DNA of 64,000 nt from an uncultured Actinomycetes bacterium (lineage in GTDB: Bacteria; Actinomycetota; Thermoleophilia; UBA2241). Below the pieces are notes generated by a model. That model saw only the letters and a list, made by a program, of their open reading frames with translations. It had not been told where the DNA came from and ran no database searches. Position 1 is the first letter of the stretch, and each line of letters starts with the position of its first letter. The translations under genes were made by a program, and so were the position numbers. Positions 10,414 through 19,573 of the stretch are shown in pieces. The stretch covers positions 234,894 through 298,893 of the forward strand of contig CAVRZA010000003.1 of assembly GCA_963725665.1 (NCBI GenBank). The letters are read 5' to 3'.

Positions 10414-11063
10414 TGAAGAGGTCGTGGTCGCCGTTCGCGCATCCTGGCCCTCATCGCGGGAGTGGGCGACACTTGCTGCACGGCGGCGGCTGAAGGCCGG
10501 CTTGTCCCCTGCTGTGGCTGCCACGCCGAGCCCCGGCGATCCCTGATCCGGCGTGCCGTAGCCGACGGCACCCGGGCTTGGCAGTGAGGCTCCAGATTGC
10601 GCCACAGCGTCTTCCCTCGCATACCGTTGACCGGGGGGTATAGCATTGCAATAGAATTCACGTACACATTGGAGCCGTCACCGGCCGTTCGTTGGACGAT
10701 GTGTCACGGAGCGATTCGACGGGCGGCGAGGCGACTCCAACTGTTAGTTCTGCGTACGGAACCAAGGTTCGAACGCGACGGTTCCGGTCGGCATGCATTG
10801 GCGCTTGATGGGGCGAGAACGCGATGGCTGCAAGGTCGCAGACGGATCATTCCACGTTGTCTCGAGGTCGCGTTCCCCCGCCCGGGCGGTCTCGAATCGA
10901 CCGCCTTCCAGTACGACCACGGTCGTAGAACCTTTTGGCGCAAAGTGCGACAGGAGAGCGAGAGGCGTCGTTGGTCACCGCTCTCACGCCGAGGAGGTGA
11001 TGTCATCCCGAGAAGGCTGACCGGCCGAAGGAAGAGCAGTGAATCCCGAAAGGAGGGAGTCAC

Positions 11064-12473
11064 GTGGCGAGAACTACCAAGGCCCTGCCCGAGCGCATGA
11101 CGGTGTTTCATGCCTGGGAGCGCGCGCGGAGAGGTCCCAAGGTCGACGAGAAGACGTGGGATTTCGAGGTCATCCCCAAGACGGCGACTCGTCTGAAGGA
11201 GAAGTACGGGATCAAGATGGACAAGAAGGTCATGATCCCGACCGATCCCGACATCATGAAGCGGCTCTACGAGGCCGGCCTCGAGATGCTCGTCGAGACC
11301 GGCGTGTACATCATCGAGACCGGCCGTGTCGTGAAGTACACCAAGGATGAGGTGCTCTTCACCGTTGCTCAAGCGCCGAAGCACGCCATCATCGGCGAGG
11401 GGGCACTGCACTACCGGCCGCTCGTACCGAGGGCGTGGAACAGCACGACGCCGCCGATCATCCAGGGCGGCCCGACCGGCGCGCCCTGCAGCGAGCAGCA
11501 CTTCCTCGGCATCCACGAGTCGTACGCCAAGGAAGGCATCGTCGACTGCATCGTCGACGGCGTGCTCGAGAAGATCAACGGCTACAACCCGGCCCCGGAG
11601 AGCCCCGCCGAGGTGTGGGCCTCCAAGCAGGAGATGTTCCTGGTCCGCCAGGCCCAGGCCAAGGCCTGTCGCTTAGGGATGGGGTTGTAGGGCGCCGAGA
11701 CGCCTCTCGGGGCGGCGGCCATCGTTGCAGCCGATTTTCCCGGCGGCATGCGGGCCACTGACAACCACGAGGTGTCCCAGCTTAATGAGCTGAAGATGGA
11801 AGCCGGAGGCTGGCAATTCGTCGCTCATTACGCACTAGCTGGCGACATCATCATGGATGAGCAGATGCCCATTTTCGGCGGCTTTGCCGGTGGTCTCGAG
11901 GAGACGACCATCGTCAACGTTGCCACCCACCTCAACGCCTTCGTCATGAACCAGGCGACCTGGCACCTCGACGGACCCGTCCACATGCGCTGGGGCAACA
12001 CCACCGCCAGGGAGGTTCTGGCAGTGGCCGGCCACGGCCAGCGGGCGATCGAGGAGCATTGGCCGGATCTCATGACGGGCAACCAGTACTACCCCACCGC
12101 CGGCCCGGGCACCGTGATGTGCCTGCTAGAGACGGCGGCGCAGGCCATCACCGACACCTGCAGCGGGCGCGAAGTGGTGTCGGGCGTCGCGTCGGCCAAG
12201 GGCGTGAAGCTCGACAAGACCACCGGCCTGGAGGCGCGCTTCATGGGCGAGGTCTGCCACGCTGTGGCCGGCATGCCCCTGGACCAGATCAACGAGATCC
12301 TCGATGCTCTGGTGGCCAAGTACGAGGGTGACTACCTGACGGCGGATGAAGGCAAGACCTACGCCGAGTGCTACGACACCGACAAGGTCGTCCCCAACGA
12401 TGAGTACCTGGCAGTGTACGACGAGGCCGTTGCGATCATGAAGGATCTCGGCGTCAGCTACAAACTGTGGTAA
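11064..12473 (+). CDS. mtmB: Monomethylamine:corrinoid methyltransferase MtmB, pyrrolysine at TAG 11688-11690 (469 aa read-through, Pyl209)
   Basis: ORFs 11064..11690 and 11748..12473 are in frame; the junction reads GMGL-TAG-GAETPL...DNHEVSQLNELK, matching MtmB GMGV-O-GPETSL...DSHEVSQLNELK; QGGPTG and EQMPIFGG also present. Confidence 0.96.
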
Positions 12474-12586
12474 AGGAGCATGTGACTTCAGGCACGGCGA
12501 GGATGCAGGTGTTCTGGTCTGGAACAAGCTCCGCCTCGCCGCGCGGACATCGCCCCGGAGGCCGAGATCGAGGAGGCAAGTGAGCA

Positions 12587-13231
12587 ATGGCAAACGAGGA
12601 GTTGATCAAAGAAGCGCGTGCGGCGCTTCTTACGACCGACAAAGCCAAGGCTGAGGACGTCGCCAAACGAGCCATAGCCGCAGGCATGGATCCGGGCGAT
12701 ATCATGCAGAATGGCTTCGTCGCCGGCATCCGTGAGCTCGGCGAGAAGTTCGACAAGGGCGAGGTCTTCCTGCCCGAGTTGATGCTTGCGGCCGAGGCCA
12801 TGGAAGCCGCCATGGAGATCTGCAACGCGGCCCTGCCCGAGGGCAAGAGCGAGACACGCGGTGTCGTCGTCATCGGCACCGTGGAGGGCGACGTGCACGA
12901 CATCGGCAAGGCTGTCGTGATCGCCTATCTGCGCGCCAACGGGTACGACGTCCATGACGTCGGGAAGGACGTGCCGCCGCAGGACTTCATCGACAAGGCG
13001 GTTGAGGTCAACGCCGACGTCATCGGCGCGAGCGCTCTGCTGACGGCCACGCTGGCCGTGCAGGGCGAGATCGAGGAGTACCTCAAGGAGGCCGGCCTAC
13101 GCGGCAAGTTCAAGACGATCGTGGGCGGTGCCACCTGCACGCAGGGCTGGGCCGACAAGATCGGAGCCGACGCGTACGCGAAGGATGCCAGCGACGCGCT
13201 GCAGAAGATCGGCGAACTCGTCGGACGCTGA
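12587..13231 (+). CDS. mtmC: Cognate corrinoid protein (MtmC-like)
   Basis: GEVFLPEL cap, GTVEGDVHDIGK B12-binding motif, SALLT, VGGA, IGADAY; directly after mtmB. Confidence 0.9.
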   Translation: MANEELIKEARAALLTTDKAKAEDVAKRAIAAGMDPGDIMQNGFVAGIRELGEKFDKGEVFLPELMLAAEAMEAAMEICNAALPEGKSETRGVVVIGTVEGDVHDIGKAVVIAYLRANGYDVHDVGKDVPPQDFIDKAVEVNADVIGASALLTATLAVQGEIEEYLKEAGLRGKFKTIVGGATCTQGWADKIGADAYAKDASDALQKIGELVGR

Positions 13232-13267
13232 AGCGGCGTCGAGCTGCAGTAGGATATCAGTGAACAA

Positions 13268-13307
13268 GGGGGCGCCCCGGCCGACGAGAGTCGGCTGGGG
13301 CGCCCCC
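13268..13307 (+). terminator. GC-rich hairpin after mtmC
   Basis: 18-bp stem with GAGA loop; no U tract. Confidence 0.6.
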
Positions 13308-13363
13308 CCGTATGACAGTCTTCGGACGGATTGCCGGCAAGGTTCGCGCTGAGGAGGGCAGCG

Positions 13364-14590
13364 GTGGCACAGGTCAATGCAGGAGACACAGCCTTCGTCC
13401 TCATCAGCGCCGCCCTCGTGGCGCTGATGACACCGGCTATCGCCTTCTTCTACGGCGGGCTGGTGAGGCGCAAGAACTTCTTGTCGATCATGATGCAGAG
13501 CTTCATCTCGATGGGCATCGTGACGGCCATCTGGGTCGCCGTCGGCTACTCGCTGGTCTTCTCCGGCGATGTCTGGGGCATCATCGGCAACCTCGATTGG
13601 GCCGGCCTACACGGCGTCGGCCAAGCTCCGGGTCCGTGGGCGCCGACCATCCCTGCGCTGGCGCACTTCGACTTCCAGGAGATGATCGCCATCTTCACGC
13701 CGGCTCTGATCACCGGCGCCTTCGCCGATCGGGTGAACTTCAAGAGCTACCTCTGGTTTCTCGTGCTCTGGAGCCTGCTGGCCTACATCCCGCTGGCGCA
13801 CTGGGTGCGTGGCGGTGGTTTCCTCGACCAGTGGGGCGCAGAGGACTTCGCTGGCGGCCTGGTGGTCCACGTGAGCGCCGGGTTCGCTGCACTGGCGTCG
13901 GTGTACGTCGTGGGCAAGCGCAGGTTCTTGCCCGGCGAGCGTACGTTGCCGCACAACATCTCTTTCGTGGCGATCGGCACGGCCCTGCTCTGGCTCGGCT
14001 GGTTCGGCTTCAACGGAGGGAGTGCACTGGCGGCCAACGGAATCGCCGCGCAGGCATTCGTGAACACCGACATCGCGGGCTCGATCGCCATGTGCACCTG
14101 GCTTGCGCTCACGTGGCTCCGCAACGGCAAGCCGAGCCTCGTCGGCGCCCTCACGGGAGCGATCAGCGGACTGGTGTGCATCACCCCTGCGGCCGGGTTC
14201 GTCCCGACCTGGTCGGCATTCGTCTTCGGCGCAGCCGCGGGCGTCGTCTGCTACTACGCGATAGTCGTCAAGCAGAGGATGGAGTGGGACGACGCGCTCG
14301 ACGTCTGGGCGGTCCACGGTGTCGGCGGGATACTGGGCACCCTGCTGCTCGGTGTCTTCGGCTTCGCTGCGGTCAATGCCGCCGGCTCCGATGGGCTGTT
14401 GGCAGGGGACGCGGCCTTCTTCGGGGTGCAGCTCGTCTCCGCTGTGATCGCCGCCGGCTACTCCTTCGCGGTGACGTACCTGATCCTCAGGCTGCTCAAC
14501 CACTTCCAGCCCGTGCGCGTGCCCGACGCCGTGGAGCAGAGGGGCCTCGACGCCGAGATGCACGGCGAGGAGGCCTACCACCTGACTTGA
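13364..14590 (+). CDS. amt: Amt-family ammonium/methylammonium channel
   Basis: FFYGGLVRRKN, DFAGGLVVH, GWFGFNGGS, DDALDVWAVHGVGG, GLDAEMHGEEAY; GAGGAGG RBS before GTG 13364. Confidence 0.95.
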   Translation: MAQVNAGDTAFVLISAALVALMTPAIAFFYGGLVRRKNFLSIMMQSFISMGIVTAIWVAVGYSLVFSGDVWGIIGNLDWAGLHGVGQAPGPWAPTIPALAHFDFQEMIAIFTPALITGAFADRVNFKSYLWFLVLWSLLAYIPLAHWVRGGGFLDQWGAEDFAGGLVVHVSAGFAALASVYVVGKRRFLPGERTLPHNISFVAIGTALLWLGWFGFNGGSALAANGIAAQAFVNTDIAGSIAMCTWLALTWLRNGKPSLVGALTGAISGLVCITPAAGFVPTWSAFVFGAAAGVVCYYAIVVKQRMEWDDALDVWAVHGVGGILGTLLLGVFGFAAVNAAGSDGLLAGDAAFFGVQLVSAVIAAGYSFAVTYLILRLLNHFQPVRVPDAVEQRGLDAEMHGEEAYHLT

Positions 14591-14650
14591 GCTGCCCGAA
14601 GCCGTGTTCCCGCGGTGGAAAGCCGCCCGCGACTCCGCTAGCCTGAGCTC

Positions 14651-15445
14651 GTGGAGAGCGAGCTTCCTACCCTGGGAGTCGAGCTTGTCGGCGATGGACT
14701 CGGCCCGTTCGACGACATCGAGTTCATTGGCAGCGGCAGGTTTGCGGAGACGTACCGCGTTGTGCGTGACGACGACGAGTACGTGCTCAAGGTCTGCCAC
14801 TTCATCCCGCGCATACCGCAGGAGCTCTGGGAACATGAGCTCGAGGCGCTGCGGCGCGTGAGACACCCGAACGTCATGGCATTCCGCGCCGCAGGGCACC
14901 TGCGAGCCCAGGGCAAGACGTACCCCTTCATGGAGTGCGAGTACATCGACGGCCGCGACGTGAGAGGGATGATCGCCGCCGGGCTGCGACCGGAGGATCC
15001 GTCGGCACTGCGGGAGTTCTTCGCAGGCCTCCTGCGCGGCGTGGCGGAGCTCCACGACCTGGGCATCCTGCATCGCGACATCAGGCCGGCCAACGTGGCC
15101 CTGCGGGGCGGCCACTGGCAGAAACCCGTGCTGCTCGACTTCGGCCTGGCTCAGACCTACGTCGTCTCGGCGGCGCAGCAGCGCCTCTCGCTGGGCGAGC
15201 GGCGGCGGGATCTTGTTGCCCTCGCCGAGGTCGTGTACGAGGTCGGGGCGGGACGACCTCCCGTCCACGAACCACGGGCCGCCCGGACCCTCGCCACGCG
15301 GGTGCGGCGGCGTGCTCTGGTCGACCCACGCAGGCTCTCGCCGCTGTTCGCGGACGACGTCGCCGAGGTCGTCGTCCGTCTGTTGTCTCGCGGGCAGTCG
15401 CGCTCGGGGGCCGATGAGGCGTTGCGAGAGCTGGAGGAGTCCTAG
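14651..15445 (+). CDS. Atypical Ser/Thr kinase-like protein
   Basis: GSGRFA Gly loop, VLK, HPNV, HRDIRPAN, DFG; no APE motif. Confidence 0.8.
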   Translation: MESELPTLGVELVGDGLGPFDDIEFIGSGRFAETYRVVRDDDEYVLKVCHFIPRIPQELWEHELEALRRVRHPNVMAFRAAGHLRAQGKTYPFMECEYIDGRDVRGMIAAGLRPEDPSALREFFAGLLRGVAELHDLGILHRDIRPANVALRGGHWQKPVLLDFGLAQTYVVSAAQQRLSLGERRRDLVALAEVVYEVGAGRPPVHEPRAARTLATRVRRRALVDPRRLSPLFADDVAEVVVRLLSRGQSRSGADEALRELEES

Positions 15446-15538
15446 GGACGATCACGCAGCTCCCGGACCTGGCAACGAATCGCCGTCGCGCGCTCAGAAC
15501 GCGGCACTCGGACGGTGCGTGACAGACAGCACAAGCCG

Positions 15539-15567
15539 TTGCAATGCCCCGGGCCATTGTGTACAGT
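15539..15567 (+). promoter_or_regulatory. Sigma70-type promoter of the transporter operon
   Basis: TTGCAA-17 bp-TACAGT with TG extension; inverted repeat CAATG..CATTG (15542-15559) overlaps the spacer. Confidence 0.55.
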
Positions 15568-15818
15568 GCGCGCATCCTCGCACGATACGCCCATCGGGGC
15601 CCCAAAGCCCGCCGTCGAAGGGGGATGGTGTCGTACGGGTCTCTCAGGCTCGATGAGGGGAGGTCGCCAGACGAGAGCTTCCGCACCCAGTGAACGCTGA
15701 GGGCTCGGCAAAAGCTGCCGGCCCCTCACCCGCCTCGCTCTCCCGAAACCGCGCGTCTGTCGCGCCGCCGGAGGAGGTCGGGCGGGCCGACCATTTCGGG
15801 CAAGTGAAAGGGGGACAC

Positions 15819-16232
15819 TTGAGTCGTACCGAAGCCGACCTCGCCGTCGAGCAAGCTGTCGCTGCCGAGGCGAAGAGAGGCACCCACGATCCACGCATCG
15901 AGAAGACGTACCGACGGGACGTGATCACGATCTACACGTTCGTGATCGCCCTGTTGTTCACACTCTGGGCAGTGTTCTTCTTCGTCGTGAATCCCAACGT
16001 CCAGGACAACACCCTGCGCTGGCTCATGATCGGCCTGGGCATATTCGCCTCCGTCTTCAACGCCACGGGGATGATCCAGAACACCCGGCGCCTCAAGCAG
16101 GAGGCGGTACGCTTCTACTCCCAGGACCTGTTCTGGCAGGACCAGAAGAAGCTGCAGAAGGAGTACGCGAAACAAGAGCACGAGATGTACCTGAGGCAGA
16201 AGAACGTGGACAAGGGGGCGACCGATGCCTGA
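15819..16232 (+). CDS. Small two-TM membrane protein
   Basis: Two hydrophobic helices; RBS before TTG 15819; overlaps the next gene. Confidence 0.75.
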   Translation: MSRTEADLAVEQAVAAEAKRGTHDPRIEKTYRRDVITIYTFVIALLFTLWAVFFFVVNPNVQDNTLRWLMIGLGIFASVFNATGMIQNTRRLKQEAVRFYSQDLFWQDQKKLQKEYAKQEHEMYLRQKNVDKGATDA

Positions 16233-16389
16233 ACACGACGACGAGTGGATCCCGTATCAGGGATACCAGGAGCCGAAGCAGCACGTGTTCTGGCAGGTGT
16301 TCGATGTGGTCTTCATCCTGGCCCTCTGCTACGTCTGCCTGCTCGTGCCGATCCTGCTGGCCGGCAAAGTCCTGGTCGGGGGGGACTGA
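16225..16389 (+). CDS. 54-aa single-TM protein (absent from the supplied ORF track)
   Basis: MPEHDDEWIPYQGYQEPKQHVFWQVFDVVFILALCYVCLLVPILLAGKVLVGGD; AGGGGG RBS, GC3-biased codons, overlap with the upstream stop. Confidence 0.75.
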   Translation: MPEHDDEWIPYQGYQEPKQHVFWQVFDVVFILALCYVCLLVPILLAGKVLVGGD

Positions 16390-16416
16390 TCATGGCTCCT
16401 GCGATCATGAGAAGGA

Positions 16417-16701
16417 GTGGGTCAGTCCGCCGTGGATGTCGGCAGATTGTGGTTCTCTGTGCTTGCGACCCTGGGCAGCCTGATGATGCTGGCCATCGTC
16501 GTAGCCCCGGCTCTGGCCGCGGGGAAGGTCCCGACGTGGGAGCTCTCGAAGGAGAAGGCCCCCGAGCTGGACTACACGCTCAGTCTCGGCACGGCCGTCC
16601 TTACCTTCGGGCTCCTGATCGCCTTTTTCGTCATGCTCTTCGTGCTGTCGGAGAGGGAGTTCAAGGGCGTGATCAACGAGCGCTTCGGACCGAAGAAGTG
16701 A
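16417..16701 (+). CDS. Small membrane protein
   Basis: Two hydrophobic segments, ends SEREFKGVINERFGPKK; start codon uncertain. Confidence 0.7.
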   Translation: MGQSAVDVGRLWFSVLATLGSLMMLAIVVAPALAAGKVPTWELSKEKAPELDYTLSLGTAVLTFGLLIAFFVMLFVLSEREFKGVINERFGPKK

Positions 16702-16720
16702 GAAGGGTGGTGTCATCGCT

Positions 16721-16990
16721 GTGAGTATCGAAGAGGTCATGAACTACGTGGCATGGGCGGTGAGCATCGCCATTATCGCGTGGATGGTGATTGACGCCCT
16801 GCGCGTCGAGGTGACCTACGACCGAGACCTGCTCGTCAGCTCGGTAGAAGGCGAGATCGAGAAGGAGATCCTCTCGTCTGACGAGGAAGCCACGCTCAAG
16901 AGGCATGCGTCCGACTGGGCGGCGGAATACACCGAAGTCGAGGCGGAAGCGCGAAAGGCCGAGCAAGCGCCGCCCGGAGGAGGGTCCTGA
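16721..16990 (+). CDS. Small single-TM protein coupled to the APC permease
   Basis: NYVAWAVSIAIIAWMVIDA helix plus acidic tail; TGATG overlap with the permease start. Confidence 0.75.
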   Translation: MSIEEVMNYVAWAVSIAIIAWMVIDALRVEVTYDRDLLVSSVEGEIEKEILSSDEEATLKRHASDWAAEYTEVEAEARKAEQAPPGGGS

Positions 16991-18383
16991 TGGCAGCTGA
17001 AGCGCCTGCGGTCACCGCCGCAAGACCGAAGCGCCTGAGCCTGCTGCGCGTCCTCGGCCCCTGCACATCTGGGGTCTCGGCGTGGGCATCGTGCTCGTGG
17101 GCGAGTTCATGGGTTGGAACTTCACGGTGGCCAAGGGCGGAGTGTTCGGCGCGCTCGTCGCCTGCTGGTTCAGCGGCATCCTCTACTCCTGCGTCGCCAT
17201 GATCGACTCCGAGGTGAGCTCGACGGTGGCCTCGGCCGGTGGCCAGTACGCGCAGGCGAAGCACATCCTCGGCCCCTCGGCCGCCTTCAACCTGGCTCTG
17301 TTCATCATCTTCGAGTACGTGATGCTCGAGGCCGGCGACGCCATCGTGATCGGCGCCATCATGGAGAAGCTCAGCGCGAACTTCAGCGCGACGGCCTGGG
17401 TCATCCTGACCATCGCCATCCTGTCGTTCCTCAACTACCGCGGCGTGACGTTGGCGCTGACCGTCAACTACATCATCACGGCCATCGCCTTCATCACGAT
17501 CCTCCTCCTCCTCTTCGGGAACTGGGGGAACTTCTTCACCCAATACCTATTCACGGCCGATATCGGCGGCAGGAATCCCGAGATGCCGTACGGCTGGCTC
17601 GGCATCCTCGCCGCGCTGCAGTTCGGCATCTGGTATTACCTGGGCATCGAAGGCACCTGCCAGACGGCTGAGGAGTGCCGCTCCGCTCCGCGCGCGCTGC
17701 CGATCGGCACGATGTCTGGGCTCGTCACGCTGCTGATCGCCGCCACCATCACCTGGTACGTCGCTACCGGCCTGGTCGACTGGGTGACGCTCGGATCATC
17801 GGCGTACCCGCTCTACGACGCGGCGCTGAACACGAGTAAGGACTGGCTCATCGTGGCGCTGTTCATCGGCACTGTGTTGAGCTGTCTGGCGTCGGCTAAC
17901 GGCTGCATCAACGACGCCTCGCGGGCCTGGTTCGCCATGGGACGCGACCAGTTCGTGCCGCGCTTCTTCGGCGGCGTGCACCCGCGCTACAAGACGCCGT
18001 ACCGCTCGATCCTGTTTCTGATCCCCATCGCCATGGCCTTCGGGTACACGGGGTTGCTCGACCAGGTGATCACCTTCTCGATCATCTCGGGCTGTTTGAT
18101 ATACGCCGTCATGCCCCTCAACATCATCCGTTTCCGCAGGCTCTATCCGATGGGCTCCATCAGGCGGGGCTACGTCTACCCCTTCCATCCCTGGCCGGCG
18201 TTCGTGCTCGCTCTCTTCGTAGCGCTCACGTTCATCGCCGTCTACTTCGGCTACTGGCGCAACCTGGTCGGGGCCATGGCCTTCTATATCCTCGCCTCGA
18301 TCTGGTTCACCTTCCACCGCTACAGGATGGTGGATCGCTCCAAGCTCTACACCATGCCCTGGCCGCGGCCTAAGGGATACTGA
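16990..18383 (+). CDS. APC-family amine permease (MtmP/ethanolamine-permease-like), 1-nt frameshift near 17062
   Basis: LLRVLGP then HIWGLGVGIVLVGEFMGWN, WYYLGIEG, AEEC, HPRYKTPYR; many TM helices. Confidence 0.88.
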
Positions 18384-18409
18384 GGATCCGGCCGGCAAGG
18401 GAGGGCAGG

Positions 18410-18865
18410 ATGTTCGAGACGATACTAGTAGCAACAGATGGCTCGCACTCGGCGGGGAAGGCCGTCGACTTCGCGGTGGAGCTCGCCAAGAGCCATGGTT
18501 CCAAGCTCGTGATCTGCACCGTCACACGAGAGCGGCTGGCGACGATCGACAGGGACCCCGGCGAGCCCAATCCGCCCGACGTCGACCCGAGAGCATCGCT
18601 GAGTCGCGGTCAGGCCGACCAATCGGCGGAGGTTCTGCGCCGAGGCGAGCAGGCGGCCAAGGCAGCGGGCCTGGGGAACTACGATCTGCGCGAGATCTAC
18701 GGCACGAACACAGGCGCCACCATCGTGAAGGAAGCCGAAGCGATGGGAGCCGACCACATCGTCGTCGGCTCTGTCGGGGAGACCGGCCTCGCCAGGCTGC
18801 TCATGGGTTCCGTGGCGGCGAGCGTGGTGCATCACGCCCACTGTCCGGTGACGGTGGTGCGGTAA
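18410..18865 (+). CDS. Universal stress protein
   Basis: ILVATDGS...LMGSVAASVVHHAHCPVTVVR. Confidence 0.93.
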   Translation: MFETILVATDGSHSAGKAVDFAVELAKSHGSKLVICTVTRERLATIDRDPGEPNPPDVDPRASLSRGQADQSAEVLRRGEQAAKAAGLGNYDLREIYGTNTGATIVKEAEAMGADHIVVGSVGETGLARLLMGSVAASVVHHAHCPVTVVR

Positions 18866-18907
18866 GTGACTGGAGGGCCACAGCCGCAACACGGCGCGCG
18901 GTAGGTC

Positions 18908-19573
18908 ATGGAGTTTGACCTGCTCTGGAAGGGCGCCGTGGTCGCGGCTGTGGCCCTCTTCTTCGTCTGGCGCCTCCTGAGGGTCCAACAAAGCGATCAG
19001 GCGACGAAGGCGCACATGCTCGACGAGCTCCTGCCGGAGGTCGAGCGGGCCGCGTGGACGTGGAGCCCCTGGCATTATCCCCGCCTCGACGGGATGCTTG
19101 ACGGGTATCCCGCTCGCTTCGACCTTCTGTCCGACACCCTTGTGACGCGCTCACTGCCCACGCTCTGGCTACAGCTGCGCTGGGCACTGCCTCACGAGGG
19201 CTGCTTCTGCGTGACCATCGACCCGACCGGCGCCGAGTTCTTCTCCAACGATGCCGACTGCGGTCGCCTTCTGCCGACGCCGAGCTCCTGGGGGGTGAGG
19301 GCGGAGATCCATGCCGACGGCAGCGGGGGCGCGCTCCTGCGCCGCCTGTCCGCCCTCGATCTGAGCTCCTACCCCTCGGTCAAGCAGCTTTCCGTGGTAG
19401 AGGGTGAGCTCAGGCTGACCGTGCGTTGCGCCCGCGGGGAGCTGCAGATCTACCGGGTGATGCGCGCCGCGAAGTTCCCTCCCGACTGCGTTTCCCCAAG
19501 CATCGTGGCGGAGACGTTGTCTTTGGCGCGTGCGGCCCGAGACGTCCTGACGGCAGAACGAGAGGCGGGATGA
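18908..19573 (+). CDS. Hypothetical protein with N-terminal membrane anchor
   Basis: One N-terminal TM helix then a soluble domain; ATGA overlap with the next gene. Confidence 0.7.
   Translation: MEFDLLWKGAVVAAVALFFVWRLLRVQQSDQATKAHMLDELLPEVERAAWTWSPWHYPRLDGMLDGYPARFDLLSDTLVTRSLPTLWLQLRWALPHEGCFCVTIDPTGAEFFSNDADCGRLLPTPSSWGVRAEIHADGSGGALLRRLSALDLSSYPSVKQLSVVEGELRLTVRCARGELQIYRVMRAAKFPPDCVSPSIVAETLSLARAARDVLTAEREAG

Noticed and set aside
10934-10950. Sigma54 promoter upstream of mtmB (TGGCGCAAAGTGC)
   Set aside because: GG-GC spacing is shorter than the -24/-12 consensus.
10414-11063. Cobalamin riboswitch before mtmB
   Set aside because: No recognisable GGGAA / GCCCCCGC-ACTGT / B12-box motifs.
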